Position numbers and translations under genes: made by a program
The notes under the pieces: model-generated
Databases searched by the model: none
Told to the model about the DNA's origin: nothing
Seen by the model: only the letters and a program-made list of their open reading frames with translations
NCBI GenBank assembly: GCA_003131585.1
Contig: PKVW01000027.1
Location: forward strand, 16,549-80,548
Direction of reading: 5' to 3'
Source of the DNA: Acidobacteriaceae bacterium
Lineage (GTDB): Bacteria; Acidobacteriota; Terriglobia; Terriglobales; Acidobacteriaceae
DNA: 64,000 nt
Part shown: positions 38,213-46,994 of the stretch, piece by piece
How the letters are laid out: the number at the start of each line of letters is the position of its first letter
Position numbering within the stretch: the stretch's first letter is position 1

Positions 38213-39009
38213 GCGATGGTGTTCGACGCCTTGTCCGCGGGCGGTAGTTTGCCCGATGTCGTGCCCGCCGCCGGCGCGGTTGTCTCGACCGGCGACGACG
38301 CTTTCTGGCGTGCAACCGCGGGTTCGGTGATGCAATACTTCACCAGGCACCAGAGTGCGCGCACTCCATCCTTCCATTGGATTTTCTTGCCTTCCTCATA
38401 AGTTCGGCCCCAGTAGCTGATGCCAACTTCGTAGATGCGCAACTTCCGCTTGGCGATCTTCACCGTTATTTCGGGCTCGAATCCGAAACGCTTTTCCTTC
38501 AGAGGAATCGATTGAATGACTTCGCGCCGGAAGGCTTTGTAACAAGTCTCCATGTCGCTGAGGTTGATGTTGGTAAGGGCGTTGGAAAGCAGAGTAAGAA
38601 TCCAGTTGCCCACGGAATGCCAGAAGTAAAGCACGCGATGCGGGCGGCTGGAAAGAAAGCGCGAGCCGTATACGACGTCGGCGCGCCCTTCGATCAGAGG
38701 CTCCAGCAGCACCGTGTACTCGGCCGGATCGTACTCGAGATCGGCGTCCTGGATGATGACGAAGTCCCCCGTAGCTTCCCCGATGCCGCGGTGCAGGGCC
38801 GCGCCTTTCCCCATGTTCTTGGGCTGAAACAGGATTCGAATCTGGGGACGCTCTGCCTGCAATTGCGCAAGGATCTCGTGGGAGCCGTCGCTGGATCCGT
38901 CGTCGACGCAAATCAATTCAATCTCCAACGGAACCGCAAGCACTCTTTCCACCACTTGCCGCAGCGTGGCGCGCTCGTTGTATACCGGCATGACGACGGA
39001 AAGTCTCAT
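38209..39009 (-). CDS. Family 2 glycosyltransferase (DPM1/polyprenyl-phosphate glycosyltransferase-like)
   Basis: [32 protein letters not shown] (DxD). 266 aa. Confidence 0.85.
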   Translation of the reverse strand: MRLSVVMPVYNERATLRQVVERVLAVPLEIELICVDDGSSDGSHEILAQLQAERPQIRILFQPKNMGKGAALHRGIGEATGDFVIIQDADLEYDPAEYTVLLEPLIEGRADVVYGSRFLSSRPHRVLYFWHSVGNWILTLLSNALTNINLSDMETCYKAFRREVIQSIPLKEKRFGFEPEITVKIAKRKLRIYEVGISYWGRTYEEGKKIQWKDGVRALWCLVKYCITEPAVARQKASSPVETTAPAAGTTSGKLPPADKASNTIA

Positions 39010-39132
39010 TTGAACCTCAGTGTAGTGGAAAAGTGTAGTGCAAATCCAAGCGCGAAGTCCTGCTTTCGTGAGTCAGGCGTAACTATCCGGTGGCGTCCTC
39101 CGGCGTCCTTCTCGCCGCATTGCGGCCGGTTC

Positions 39133-39173
39133 GGAAGAAGAGGGAAAGGAAGAAGAGGGAAAGAAAGAAGAGG
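39133..39173. repeat. 41-nt pure polypurine/polypyrimidine tract built from a 15-nt unit (ggaagaagagggaaa x2 plus a partial copy)
   Basis: Read directly: ggaagaagagggaaa ggaagaagagggaaa gaaagaagagg on the + strand, in the wecB-GT2 spacer. Coordinates were cross-checked against the frame of the shadow ORF at 38377 (GRRGKGRRGKERRG). Confidence 0.9.
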
Positions 39174-39181
39174 CATGAGCA

Positions 39182-40351
39182 TTAAGCAAGACCATTACGC
39201 TGGAGATGTTCGCGGAGAATCGCCACAATGCGTGGCGCCGCTTTGCCATCCCAGAGTGGAGGACGCTGGGGAGGACGCTGAGAGGATCGCGCGGGTTCCC
39301 CGAGGATGGATCGAGCGGCCGCGAGAACGCGATCCGGATCCACTCCGACTACTTGATTCGAGCCGTGATCAACCGTCGCAGGCCGTTCTGTGTTCTCACG
39401 CAGCGTAAGGCAGGGCACGCCGAGGACAGTAGTTTCCTCCTGTACTCCGCCGGAGTCTGTGAGGACGATGCGTGCCCCGTCGTTGAGCGAAAGAAAATCG
39501 AGATACCCGAGCGGATCGAGAGGCACGACTCCAACGCGGTTTGCACCTTCTGCGTGGGCCAGATATCGCACCAAACCAAAACTCTCGATATTTTTTCGAG
39601 TTCGAGGATGAATGGGGAAGAAGACTGGAAGCTCGACAGCCAGAGCGCTCACTGCGCTGAGAATACCTTGCAGCGTCTTGGGATCGTCCACATTGGATGG
39701 CCGGTGCAGAGTGAGGACTCCGTAGGGTCGGCAGCCAGACCCATTCAGACGCACTCCCAGCCGGTCGAGAATCGGCGATTTCGCGGCCAGCTCGCGGTGC
39801 CGGAGCAGGCAGTCGATCATGACGTTGCCGACCAGGAAGATTTTCTCATCCGGCACGCCTTCGTGCTTTAGATTCTCGACCCCACTTTGCTCGGTCACAA
39901 ACAGCAGGCTGGAGACCGCGTCCGTGAGTTTCCGGTTGATCTCCTCCGGCATCGTCATGTCGAAGCTGCGCAATCCGGCTTCGATGTGGGCGACGGAGAT
40001 TCCCAGTTTGACGGCAGTAAGCGCGGTGGCGAGCGTAGAATTCACGTCGCCCACAAGCAGAACCATTTGTGGCTTGTAGTCGAGCAGGACCGGTTCGATG
40101 CGCTTCATGATTTCAGCGGTCTGCCTCGCGTGACTGCCGGAACCGGCCTGAAGGTTCACGTCCGGTTTGGGCAGACCCAGATCCGCGAAAAACTTTCCGG
40201 ACAGGAGTTCGTCGTAGTGCTGCCCGGAGTGCACCAGGCAGTGTTCGACAGCGGGGAGTTTCTTCAGTTCATCTTTGTTCAGTTCATCGATGATGGGCGC
40301 GATTTTCATGAAGTTGGGGCGCGCCCCAACCACGCTCAGAAGCCTGATCAT
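39182..40351 (-). CDS. wecB: UDP-N-acetylglucosamine 2-epimerase (non-hydrolysing)
   Basis: ATG 40351 with AGGAG 7 nt upstream. MIRLLSVVGARPNFMKIAPI, HSGQHYD, DSGGVQEE, family-typical length (389 aa). The ORF track extends it to 40399. Confidence 0.88.
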   Translation of the reverse strand: MIRLLSVVGARPNFMKIAPIIDELNKDELKKLPAVEHCLVHSGQHYDELLSGKFFADLGLPKPDVNLQAGSGSHARQTAEIMKRIEPVLLDYKPQMVLLVGDVNSTLATALTAVKLGISVAHIEAGLRSFDMTMPEEINRKLTDAVSSLLFVTEQSGVENLKHEGVPDEKIFLVGNVMIDCLLRHRELAAKSPILDRLGVRLNGSGCRPYGVLTLHRPSNVDDPKTLQGILSAVSALAVELPVFFPIHPRTRKNIESFGLVRYLAHAEGANRVGVVPLDPLGYLDFLSLNDGARIVLTDSGGVQEETTVLGVPCLTLRENTERPATVDHGSNQVVGVDPDRVLAAARSILGEPARSSQRPPQRPPLWDGKAAPRIVAILREHLQRNGLA

Positions 40352-41041
40352 GGGGAGACTCCTGCCGCGATCACCCAGGCGTTGGAGGATATTCTCCAAA
40401 ACACAGGACCGCTGCGAGTTCCGAGAATGGGATCTTGAGGGCGTGACGAGGAAGGTTTCATCGCTCAGCCAACAGTGTAAAGCACCTTCAGGTGTTCAGT
40501 CCCGAGGACCCTGAGACTCTAGAACTTGAGGAAATTGGCTGCCCAGATGCACTCATCTGGAATACTCCTGTTTCGATCAGGTAGATCATGTAAATTGTTC
40601 AGGGCTCTTGCATAGGCCCGGCAATTTCCACCTAGGGCGTTCACCTGAGCCCCAGCCTTCCGGGTCCGCCTACCGCTCCGGCCGGAGAGAAATTCTTCCC
40701 CTTTTGGGGTTGGGTTCTCGCAAGTGATCGACCGGAGGTGCGGGGGTTCAATTCCTTCTTTTGTCCCGGTCTCCGGATCAAGTCACGCTGACTTTACGCA
40801 CCTTTCGCTTGCCCAGGGTCATTCCAGATGCACATGCCACAGTCTGCCTGTACTGAGGTTCGGGGGGCGGATATGCATTCTGGAAGGCCGCCGCAATCCT
40901 CGCAAGTGCCTGTGGAAATGGCTGTTCTTTAGTCACAGCCAGACTCGTCTCAAAATGGCATTGTGGATGCTATGTAATGTGGAAATATCCCAACTGTACA
41001 CAGGTTTTATGGCGGGGGCGAATCCAAACCAGGGGGTAGTG

Positions 41042-41320
41042 ATGATGGAGCAGTCCGTTCGGCTAGGACCGCGCGAGCAGCAAATCGTCGAATTGCTTTT
41101 GCAAGGCTGTGACAATGCCGAGATTGCCAGCCAGCTAAAGATGGCGCGTAGAACCGTAAAGGCTCATTTCAACCGGCTGTTCCTCCGTTTCGGAATCACC
41201 GGCGGAATCAAGCGAGTGAAACTCGCGACCCTGTTATATCGGAGGCAATTATGTTTGCAAACGAACGTTATGGACCCCGTACTCCCAGTCAGCGTGAAAA
41301 CCGCGTCATCGAGCTTGTAG
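41042..41320 (+). CDS. Stand-alone LuxR/GerE-type HTH protein (pair A, first gene)
   Basis: ATG 41042 follows AGGGGG (41031-41036). HTH core REQQIVELLLQGCDNAEIASQLKMARRTVKAHFNRLF. The N-terminus MME... matches the paralog at 46770 (MMD...). No receiver or ligand domain. The 3' end overlaps the next gene by 70 nt. Confidence 0.75.
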   Translation: MMEQSVRLGPREQQIVELLLQGCDNAEIASQLKMARRTVKAHFNRLFLRFGITGGIKRVKLATLLYRRQLCLQTNVMDPVLPVSVKTASSSL

Positions 41321-41484
41321 CCCAGGGCTTGAAAAACCGCGATGTAGCCCATGCCATCGGCACGACGGAACATGTGGTGAAGAATTATCTTCGCGTGATT
41401 TACGATAAGCTCGGACTCTGGAACCGGGTGGAACTTGCCCTGTGGTATGAATCGCGCAGGCACGAGCCAGAACTCCCGGCGTGA
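41251..41484 (+). CDS. Stand-alone LuxR/GerE-type HTH protein (pair A, second gene)
   Basis: ATG 41251 follows GGAGG (41241-41245). RENRVIELVAQGLKNRDVAHAIGTTEHVVKNYLRVIYDKLGLWNRVELALW. Paralog of 46991-47251. Confidence 0.8.
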   Translation: MFANERYGPRTPSQRENRVIELVAQGLKNRDVAHAIGTTEHVVKNYLRVIYDKLGLWNRVELALWYESRRHEPELPA

Positions 41485-41564
41485 ATCGCGCGGGGGGCAG
41501 GCCTTCGCGTCGAGTTGGGCGGGGAGGGCTTTGAGGGCTGCAGCCCGATTTCCTGCGCCACCCT

Positions 41565-42764
41565 TCACTCACAACCGAACGCGCGCAAGTTACGGAGCCG
41601 CTCCGCGGCAGCCGTCCCGCCCTTTCGGGCGGCCGCATCGAGCAGCAAGCGCGCCTGGTCGCAACTCTTAGGTACGCCCTCGCCCCGCAGGTACAAATCA
41701 GACAGAGTCATCATTGCCGTGAGGTTGCCCTTTCCCACGGCCTTCCACAACCAATGGGCAGCTTCTTCACTGTCGCGAGTCACGCCCGGGTTGCCGTTCA
41801 AGCGCTTCTCTGCCATGGCCAACTCTTCCGCGCCCGTTTGCGCAGTCGCGAGGGCGGGCGAATTTGCAGGCACGGGGCTGATCGGAAGCGCAGGTCGTGC
41901 GCCGGCACCTTGACCTTTTCGGGGATTCGCATCTAGTTGCCTTTTTCCATGAATCGGAGAAGCAGGCGGATTGCCTTCCGGCAAGGCAGCCGTCATCGTG
42001 CTCGGCTGCTCCGCGGAGGTTACTGGCTTAGGTCGCGTCGGCGGAATGGCGCTTGAGGTTGCGGACCGCGGCGGCGCGGTGCTCGAACGAGTCTCCCTTC
42101 CCCGCCACGCCAGGTAACCCAGTACCGCGAGAAAGATCGCCACCACGATACCGACGTAGGGCCGGTAACGATGGGGAACAGGTTCGGATTCCACACCGAG
42201 ACTCGGAAGATCTTTTTCCGGCAGCGGCCAGGTCGGATCCAGGGCGTCATGACTTCCGCTGGCGGCCGTGGGATTAACCGCGGGCTCAATCGCGTATTCG
42301 CCAAAGTCAAAACTGCGAGAAGGTGCGGGTTCACTCCAACTTGTTCCAGCAATCGGCACCGCTTCCGCGACTTGCGGTACGTGTACTGCCGGCGAGATTT
42401 GCAACTGGGCGCCGCACATCCCGCAAAATCTTTGCGCTGCTGAATTCTGGTGCGCGCACACACTGCAAGTGAGGGCAGGCTCCGCTGCGGCTGGCGACGA
42501 ATCCGGCGGTTCCGCCGCCTCAATTTCTATTTCCCGACTCTCGTCGTGAACGACTTGAACAGAGGCAGGCGGCAGAGGAGAAATATTTTCCAGTTCTCGA
42601 AGCAGTTCCGCAATAGCTTGTCCACGCTTCTCGGGCGGATTAGTAAAATACACCTCCGCCCATCGCCCCATGTGAGCCGCTAGTAGCGGATTCAGAAGTG
42701 GATTCAACTCGGGATCCGGCAATATATTTGCGTCGAACTCGTCCGTGGGGTGCGGCACTGGCAT
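41565..42764 (-). CDS. Zinc-ribbon / single-TM / Sel1-repeat protein
   Basis: Double zinc ribbon CSVCAHQNSAAQRFCGMCGAQL, TM segment YVGIVVAIFLAVLGYLAW, and a C-terminal Sel1-like repeat AAHWLWKAVGKGNLTAMMTLSDLYLRGEGVPKSCDQARLLLDAAARKG. Confidence 0.6.
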   Translation of the reverse strand: MPVPHPTDEFDANILPDPELNPLLNPLLAAHMGRWAEVYFTNPPEKRGQAIAELLRELENISPLPPASVQVVHDESREIEIEAAEPPDSSPAAAEPALTCSVCAHQNSAAQRFCGMCGAQLQISPAVHVPQVAEAVPIAGTSWSEPAPSRSFDFGEYAIEPAVNPTAASGSHDALDPTWPLPEKDLPSLGVESEPVPHRYRPYVGIVVAIFLAVLGYLAWRGRETRSSTAPPRSATSSAIPPTRPKPVTSAEQPSTMTAALPEGNPPASPIHGKRQLDANPRKGQGAGARPALPISPVPANSPALATAQTGAEELAMAEKRLNGNPGVTRDSEEAAHWLWKAVGKGNLTAMMTLSDLYLRGEGVPKSCDQARLLLDAAARKGGTAAAERLRNLRAFGCE

Positions 42765-42856
42765 GCTCCGGAGAAGCGGCGATACTTATGATTGCACTAC
42801 CGGGAAAGAAGGTTGTCAAATCGGGGCGGGACTTGACTATGCTCGGGACCGCGAAG

Positions 42857-44623
42857 TCAGTCACAGGCCTTGCGGTTGGCGGGTTCGAACTGGTCTAACT
42901 GCGCGTCGCGCTGGCTGGTGAGCTTGCCTTTCGGTGTCTTGCCATAAAGATCAGAACCTGGGCAGTAGTACAGAGCGGTGTGCAGGTCGACCCAGACCTG
43001 GGTATCGGGATTGCCTTTGTATTCCGGAGTCTCCGGAGCTTCGGCCAGCCCGAGACCGATGAGTAGTTTGTCGAACACGGAGAGATCTGCGTCCGGTGCG
43101 GGCTGTTTACCCCGATTCAGGCTCCCGGAAACTGCCGTTCCACGACCTGTGGCGCCCACCGAGTGGTTGGACCAGATCCCCCAGCGAATCACCACCACTA
43201 CCAGAATGACCGCCACCGCGAGATAGAAATCACCGCGACGGGAATGCCAGAAGCGGGCCAATGCGCCGGGCGTCCGCGTCCCGGACAGCGATTCCAGAAA
43301 ATCCCGGGCCTGGGCTGCGGAACTCCAGGCAATATCCTCCCGCTGCGGCCTTACGAGCGCGGTTAAGGGAACTTCGACATTGTCTTCGCCGGGCTTCGAT
43401 GCGGACGACAGGGACGCCGCCATCGCATCCTCGTTCGCGGTCGCGGTGAAGGATCGCGCGGACAGAGGGTCGTTGCCTTCCAGCGCCGGCAGAGAGAACG
43501 GTTCCGACAGGTCATCGCCGGCATGGTCGTCCTCAAGGTGCGCCTCGTTCTTATGCTTGTGCGCCGCAACCGGGCGCGTCGTCTGCTTGGAAGGCGAGGC
43601 TCCGTTGGAAGGTGCGGCCGCCAAAGTCTCCTGGCCCGTCTGCTGCAGGTGCCACGCCGATGCCAGCTTGCTCTGTAGGCCGGATGCTTCGCCGGCTTCA
43701 CTGGCACGCTGAGCGCCGCACTTTCCGCAAAACTGCTCCTCCGCCACCAGCTTGCTTCCGCACTTCCAGCACGGGGACTTCGCGGTAGTGGCCGTGCTCG
43801 CGCCCATATTCGTGGCGGCGGTCGCGGCGGATTGATCCTCTGCCCAAGCTGCCAGATTCGGTTGGAGCCTTTCGATTGCCGCCAGCATCGTGGATCGTTC
43901 CGCGGCCATGGACTTCTTTAAAGTCAACTCGGCATCTCGGCCAATCGCTTCAGTCACCAGACCGGCCATCAATTGGCAAGTGTGGATATCCTGGTCGGCG
44001 AAGCCGTGAATCCTGTCGAAATAGAGTTCCAGCGCTCCTACAATGTCGTCGTCGTGATAGATCGGTACCGCGACCAGCGATTGGATTCCCCGCTGGCGGC
44101 ACACTTCTGGGTCGAAAAGAAATTCGGAATCCACGTCCTCGCTGCGAATCACCTGCCCGGTGCGCACGCTGGCAGCGCAAATTGCCTTATCCAGAGGGAC
44201 TTCGCTTCCCAAAGGCAAAGAGGGAGCGCCTGCTCCGGCACGATAACGCACCATCTTTCCCTCTAAAATTCCAATGGCCGCGCCGCTCGCGCTCGTGATT
44301 CGTGCAACTCTCTCGGCGACCACTGCCATCGCCTTATCCAATTCGAGATGGCGCATCTGAATCTGGTGCTGCGCTTCGACGATCTCCGCCAGCGTGAGCG
44401 TGTAGTCGCTGTCCGAGCGTGAAGTCTCGTCCGATTCCGGTTTATTTCTTTCTCGCAGAGTTCGATTAGAGTGCTCTTGCTCGCGGAGTTGCTCGCTCTG
44501 GGACTCCAGGCGTTCTTCCAGTTCCCGCATTGTGCGGTTGTGCTCCTGGAGCACATGAGCCGCTTCCAGCAGCTTTTCAAAAGTCTGCTCGTCGAGAACC
44601 GGTTTGTTCTTTTGGTCGGTCAC
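42857..44623 (-). CDS. Coiled-coil / GAF domain / zinc-ribbon / single-TM protein
   Basis: Charged N-terminal coiled-coil region. GAF-like core (AICAASVRTGQVIRSEDV...SLVAVPIYHDDDIVGALELYFDR), ribbon CWKCGSKLVAEEQFCGKCGAQ, TM FYLAVAVILVVVVIRWGIW, and a Cys-containing C-terminal extracytoplasmic tail. Confidence 0.7.
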   Translation of the reverse strand: MTDQKNKPVLDEQTFEKLLEAAHVLQEHNRTMRELEERLESQSEQLREQEHSNRTLRERNKPESDETSRSDSDYTLTLAEIVEAQHQIQMRHLELDKAMAVVAERVARITSASGAAIGILEGKMVRYRAGAGAPSLPLGSEVPLDKAICAASVRTGQVIRSEDVDSEFLFDPEVCRQRGIQSLVAVPIYHDDDIVGALELYFDRIHGFADQDIHTCQLMAGLVTEAIGRDAELTLKKSMAAERSTMLAAIERLQPNLAAWAEDQSAATAATNMGASTATTAKSPCWKCGSKLVAEEQFCGKCGAQRASEAGEASGLQSKLASAWHLQQTGQETLAAAPSNGASPSKQTTRPVAAHKHKNEAHLEDDHAGDDLSEPFSLPALEGNDPLSARSFTATANEDAMAASLSSASKPGEDNVEVPLTALVRPQREDIAWSSAAQARDFLESLSGTRTPGALARFWHSRRGDFYLAVAVILVVVVIRWGIWSNHSVGATGRGTAVSGSLNRGKQPAPDADLSVFDKLLIGLGLAEAPETPEYKGNPDTQVWVDLHTALYYCPGSDLYGKTPKGKLTSQRDAQLDQFEPANRKACD

Positions 44624-44974
44624 GATCTTTCCTGCCCGCCCTTGTGTCCGGCCGGTGTGGGCCGGGATAGCTCCCGGAGACCGAACCCCATTTTAGTGCA
44701 ATTCCTCCACCAAACAACTGACGTTATGAAGTCGACCCTCGCTGCGACCGATGGACAGGAGGTCGAGCAGTGCTGGAACGGGTAGCAGATGATAAAGGCA
44801 CAACCGCATGGAATTCAAGCGGTTACAGGGGACCGAACGCGCGGAGATCTCGCCAGCGCTCTGAATTTGCGGGAGCCGGGCGAAGGTTACTCTCGTAAGC
44901 TGCAAGTGTATGCACACTTGCTCCGGCAAACTCCCTCTGTTCTCCCAGCGGGCCCATATCGATTCGGTGCGATT

Positions 44975-45208
44975 TCATGGAGTGTACCTTTCGCGGGCGA
45001 GATAAAAATGCACGGCCGGCGTGATGATCAGCGACAGCACCATCGAGATTGAGACTCCGCCGATCACTGCGATAGCCAGCGGTTGGAGCATCTGCGATAC
45101 AGCGCCGAGGGCAAAAGCGAGCGGCAGCATGCCCGCGACGGTCGCCAGTGCCGTCATCACGATAGGCCGCAGACGCCGGTCCTCGTTTCGAGCCAAACGG
45201 GAGAACAA
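44975..45208 (-). pseudogene. C-terminal remnant of an RND (AcrB/CzcA-type) efflux transporter
   Basis: The 77-aa ORF RLRPIVMTALATVAGMLPLAFALGAVSQMLQPLAIAVIGGVSISMVLSLIITPAVHFYL matches the last TM helices of RND pumps, which are about 1000 aa. No upstream RND coding sequence is present. Confidence 0.6.
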
Positions 45209-45218
45209 TCCGGCGCGG

Positions 45219-46019
45219 TCAATCGGATTTGTCGGACTTGGGGGGCAGCAGGAATTGAATGCCGAAATAGCCGACGAAATAGGACTGATTGCTGCGCGTG
45301 GGTTCGAGACTGCGTCCGGCCATGAAGAGAAGGATCACCGGTCGATGGATTTTGTAGCGAGCGCCAAAGTCTATAGTGGGCTGGTTCTCGGAAGGATGGA
45401 AGGTGCCTTGGGAATAGAGTTCCATGTCCATTTCGAGTTTTGGAGTGAAATCGTGGCCAACGACGAGGCCGGTGAGCCAGCCGTTCGGTCCTTTGCGGGC
45501 AAACTGATAACCGACTTCGTAGTTCACATCGACGAGGCCAAATTTCTTGGAGAATTGGAAGGGCAGAAGGAAGGCATCGCTGGCGGGGGTGATCCCACGG
45601 CGGACGGCATCGTTGGGGTTGTTGAGGAAGACTTGGGGAAAAACCGAGATGGAGAGGCCAGACTCACCGGCGTCGTAGAAACGCCACTTGACGCCGAGAT
45701 TGGATTGACCCAGGCCAAATTTAGCCGCGGAAGAGGGATTTTGCACGCGTAACCAGGCATTTTCGTAAGTGAGCTGGATGCGATCACCGACGCCGAAATT
45801 GATGTCCACGTCGGGGGTGTGGGAAACGGACTGATTGCGGTAGAAAAATGGCATGTAGCCGAGATTGATTTCCCAATTGAGATGGCCGGGAGTGCCCGGA
45901 TCATTGGTGTAGTAGGGCGGGCCGCCTTGGGCAAATGCGGAGGTAGCGGCAAAGATGAGCACGATGATTAGGCTCCGCAACACCGCTACGGGGCCAAGGG
46001 TGGAGAGCAGAAAGGGCAC
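45219..46019 (-). CDS. Putative outer-membrane beta-barrel protein (MetA/phenol-degradation-like 'transporter' family)
   Basis: Signal peptide ...IFAATSAFAQG, alternating amphipathic beta-strand pattern, aromatic-rich C-terminus (YFGIQFLL). The family call is from recollection only. Confidence 0.5.
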   Translation of the reverse strand: MPFLLSTLGPVAVLRSLIIVLIFAATSAFAQGGPPYYTNDPGTPGHLNWEINLGYMPFFYRNQSVSHTPDVDINFGVGDRIQLTYENAWLRVQNPSSAAKFGLGQSNLGVKWRFYDAGESGLSISVFPQVFLNNPNDAVRRGITPASDAFLLPFQFSKKFGLVDVNYEVGYQFARKGPNGWLTGLVVGHDFTPKLEMDMELYSQGTFHPSENQPTIDFGARYKIHRPVILLFMAGRSLEPTRSNQSYFVGYFGIQFLLPPKSDKSD

Positions 46020-46541
46020 AAAGGATCAAGGGGGAACTCCACTCGCCTCAAGCTTCGAGATGGCGTGGAAGTAATTCTTATACCACAGGGAATCGGGATA
46101 AGGAAGGAAGGGACAGCAAAAATTAAAGATATTGGTACAGAACCCAGGGCGGTGCCCAGGAAGACGGTTGCAATAATGGTGAGGTATTAGTGGGAGTGAA
46201 ATGCCCGCGTGAAAGCCGGGCGACTGCGTTGCGAAAAGAGCGAAGATGAAGAGAGAGAAGGCCACGATTGAGCAGGCGGAACTGATTCTGAAACTATAGA
46301 GTCATTGAGACAGTCGGACCGAAAGGCCTGAGTTTTCTTACCACGGGAATGAATCCTCGCAGTTTTCATCACCTCGGGAGCCAATCCATCGGGTTGGGAA
46401 CCTGCTCAAAATTCTGAAGGGAAAAGGCTTGTCTTGACCGATTCGGGCGCTAGGATCGCAAGCCTCGTCTTGCGGCATTTACCTCACGGGGAACCCGGCA
46501 CGGGCGATGTCTAGGTTGCGGCGCAGTATCTGTTCTTCCGT

Positions 46542-46585
46542 CCTCGGCCCAGTTTGGGACGGACCTCGGTCCAATTTGGGACGAA
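46542..46585. repeat. Tandem 22-bp direct repeat (2 copies, 19/22 identical)
   Basis: cctcggcccagtttgggacgga / cctcggtccaatttgggacgaa, read directly. It lies about 185 nt upstream of LuxR pair B. Confidence 0.85.
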
Positions 46586-46769
46586 CTAGCCTAGCACGGA
46601 GTTTCTGAACTTCTTCTGAAAGCCTTGGTCCTTGTCCCCAAGTGCAAGCACACGCTGATCTTAGGACGGCCGGGGCTGGCAGCGAAGGTTTGGCGAAGGA
46701 TGTGCTTAACAAACAATGCGGATCGCAATCGGAAGAGTGAAAAAGGCGCGATACCGGAGGAATTGCCTA

Positions 46770-46994
46770 ATGATGGACCTCGACAGAATGAAAGTTACGC
46801 CCCGGGATCAGCAAGTGCTGGACTTGCTGGTCCAAGGTTGCAGCAACAAGGAAATCGCGGGGCAGTTAAGCATTAGCCCGCGCACCGTAAAGCAGCACTT
46901 GAGAACGCTTTTTCTACGCGCCGGAATTCGGGAGGGGCGCAAGCGCGTGCGCCTGGCTACGGCCGCATTCGAGAAGGCGGAGGTGAAATCATGA
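46770..46994 (+). CDS. Stand-alone LuxR/GerE-type HTH protein (pair B, first gene)
   Basis: ATG 46770 follows GGAGG (46756-46760). PRDQQVLDLLVQGCSNKEIAGQLSISPRTVKQHLRTLF. Paralog of 41042-41320. Its stop overlaps the next start (ATGA). Confidence 0.8.
   Translation: MMDLDRMKVTPRDQQVLDLLVQGCSNKEIAGQLSISPRTVKQHLRTLFLRAGIREGRKRVRLATAAFEKAEVKS

Noticed and set aside
40736-40768. tRNA T-arm-like sequence GGGGGTTCAATTCC (possible tRNA gene or att-site remnant)
   Set aside because: The flanking bases do not form a proper T-stem (two G-U pairs at best). No matching acceptor stem, anticodon arm or D-arm can be drawn upstream, and there is no integrase nearby. At most it is a degenerate remnant.
40724-41041. 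Long N-terminal extension of LuxR gene A1 (198-aa ORF)
   Set aside because: The extension is Cys/His/Arg-rich with no domain. The SD-supported ATG 41042 yields an N-terminus (MME...) that matches paralog B1 (MMD...).
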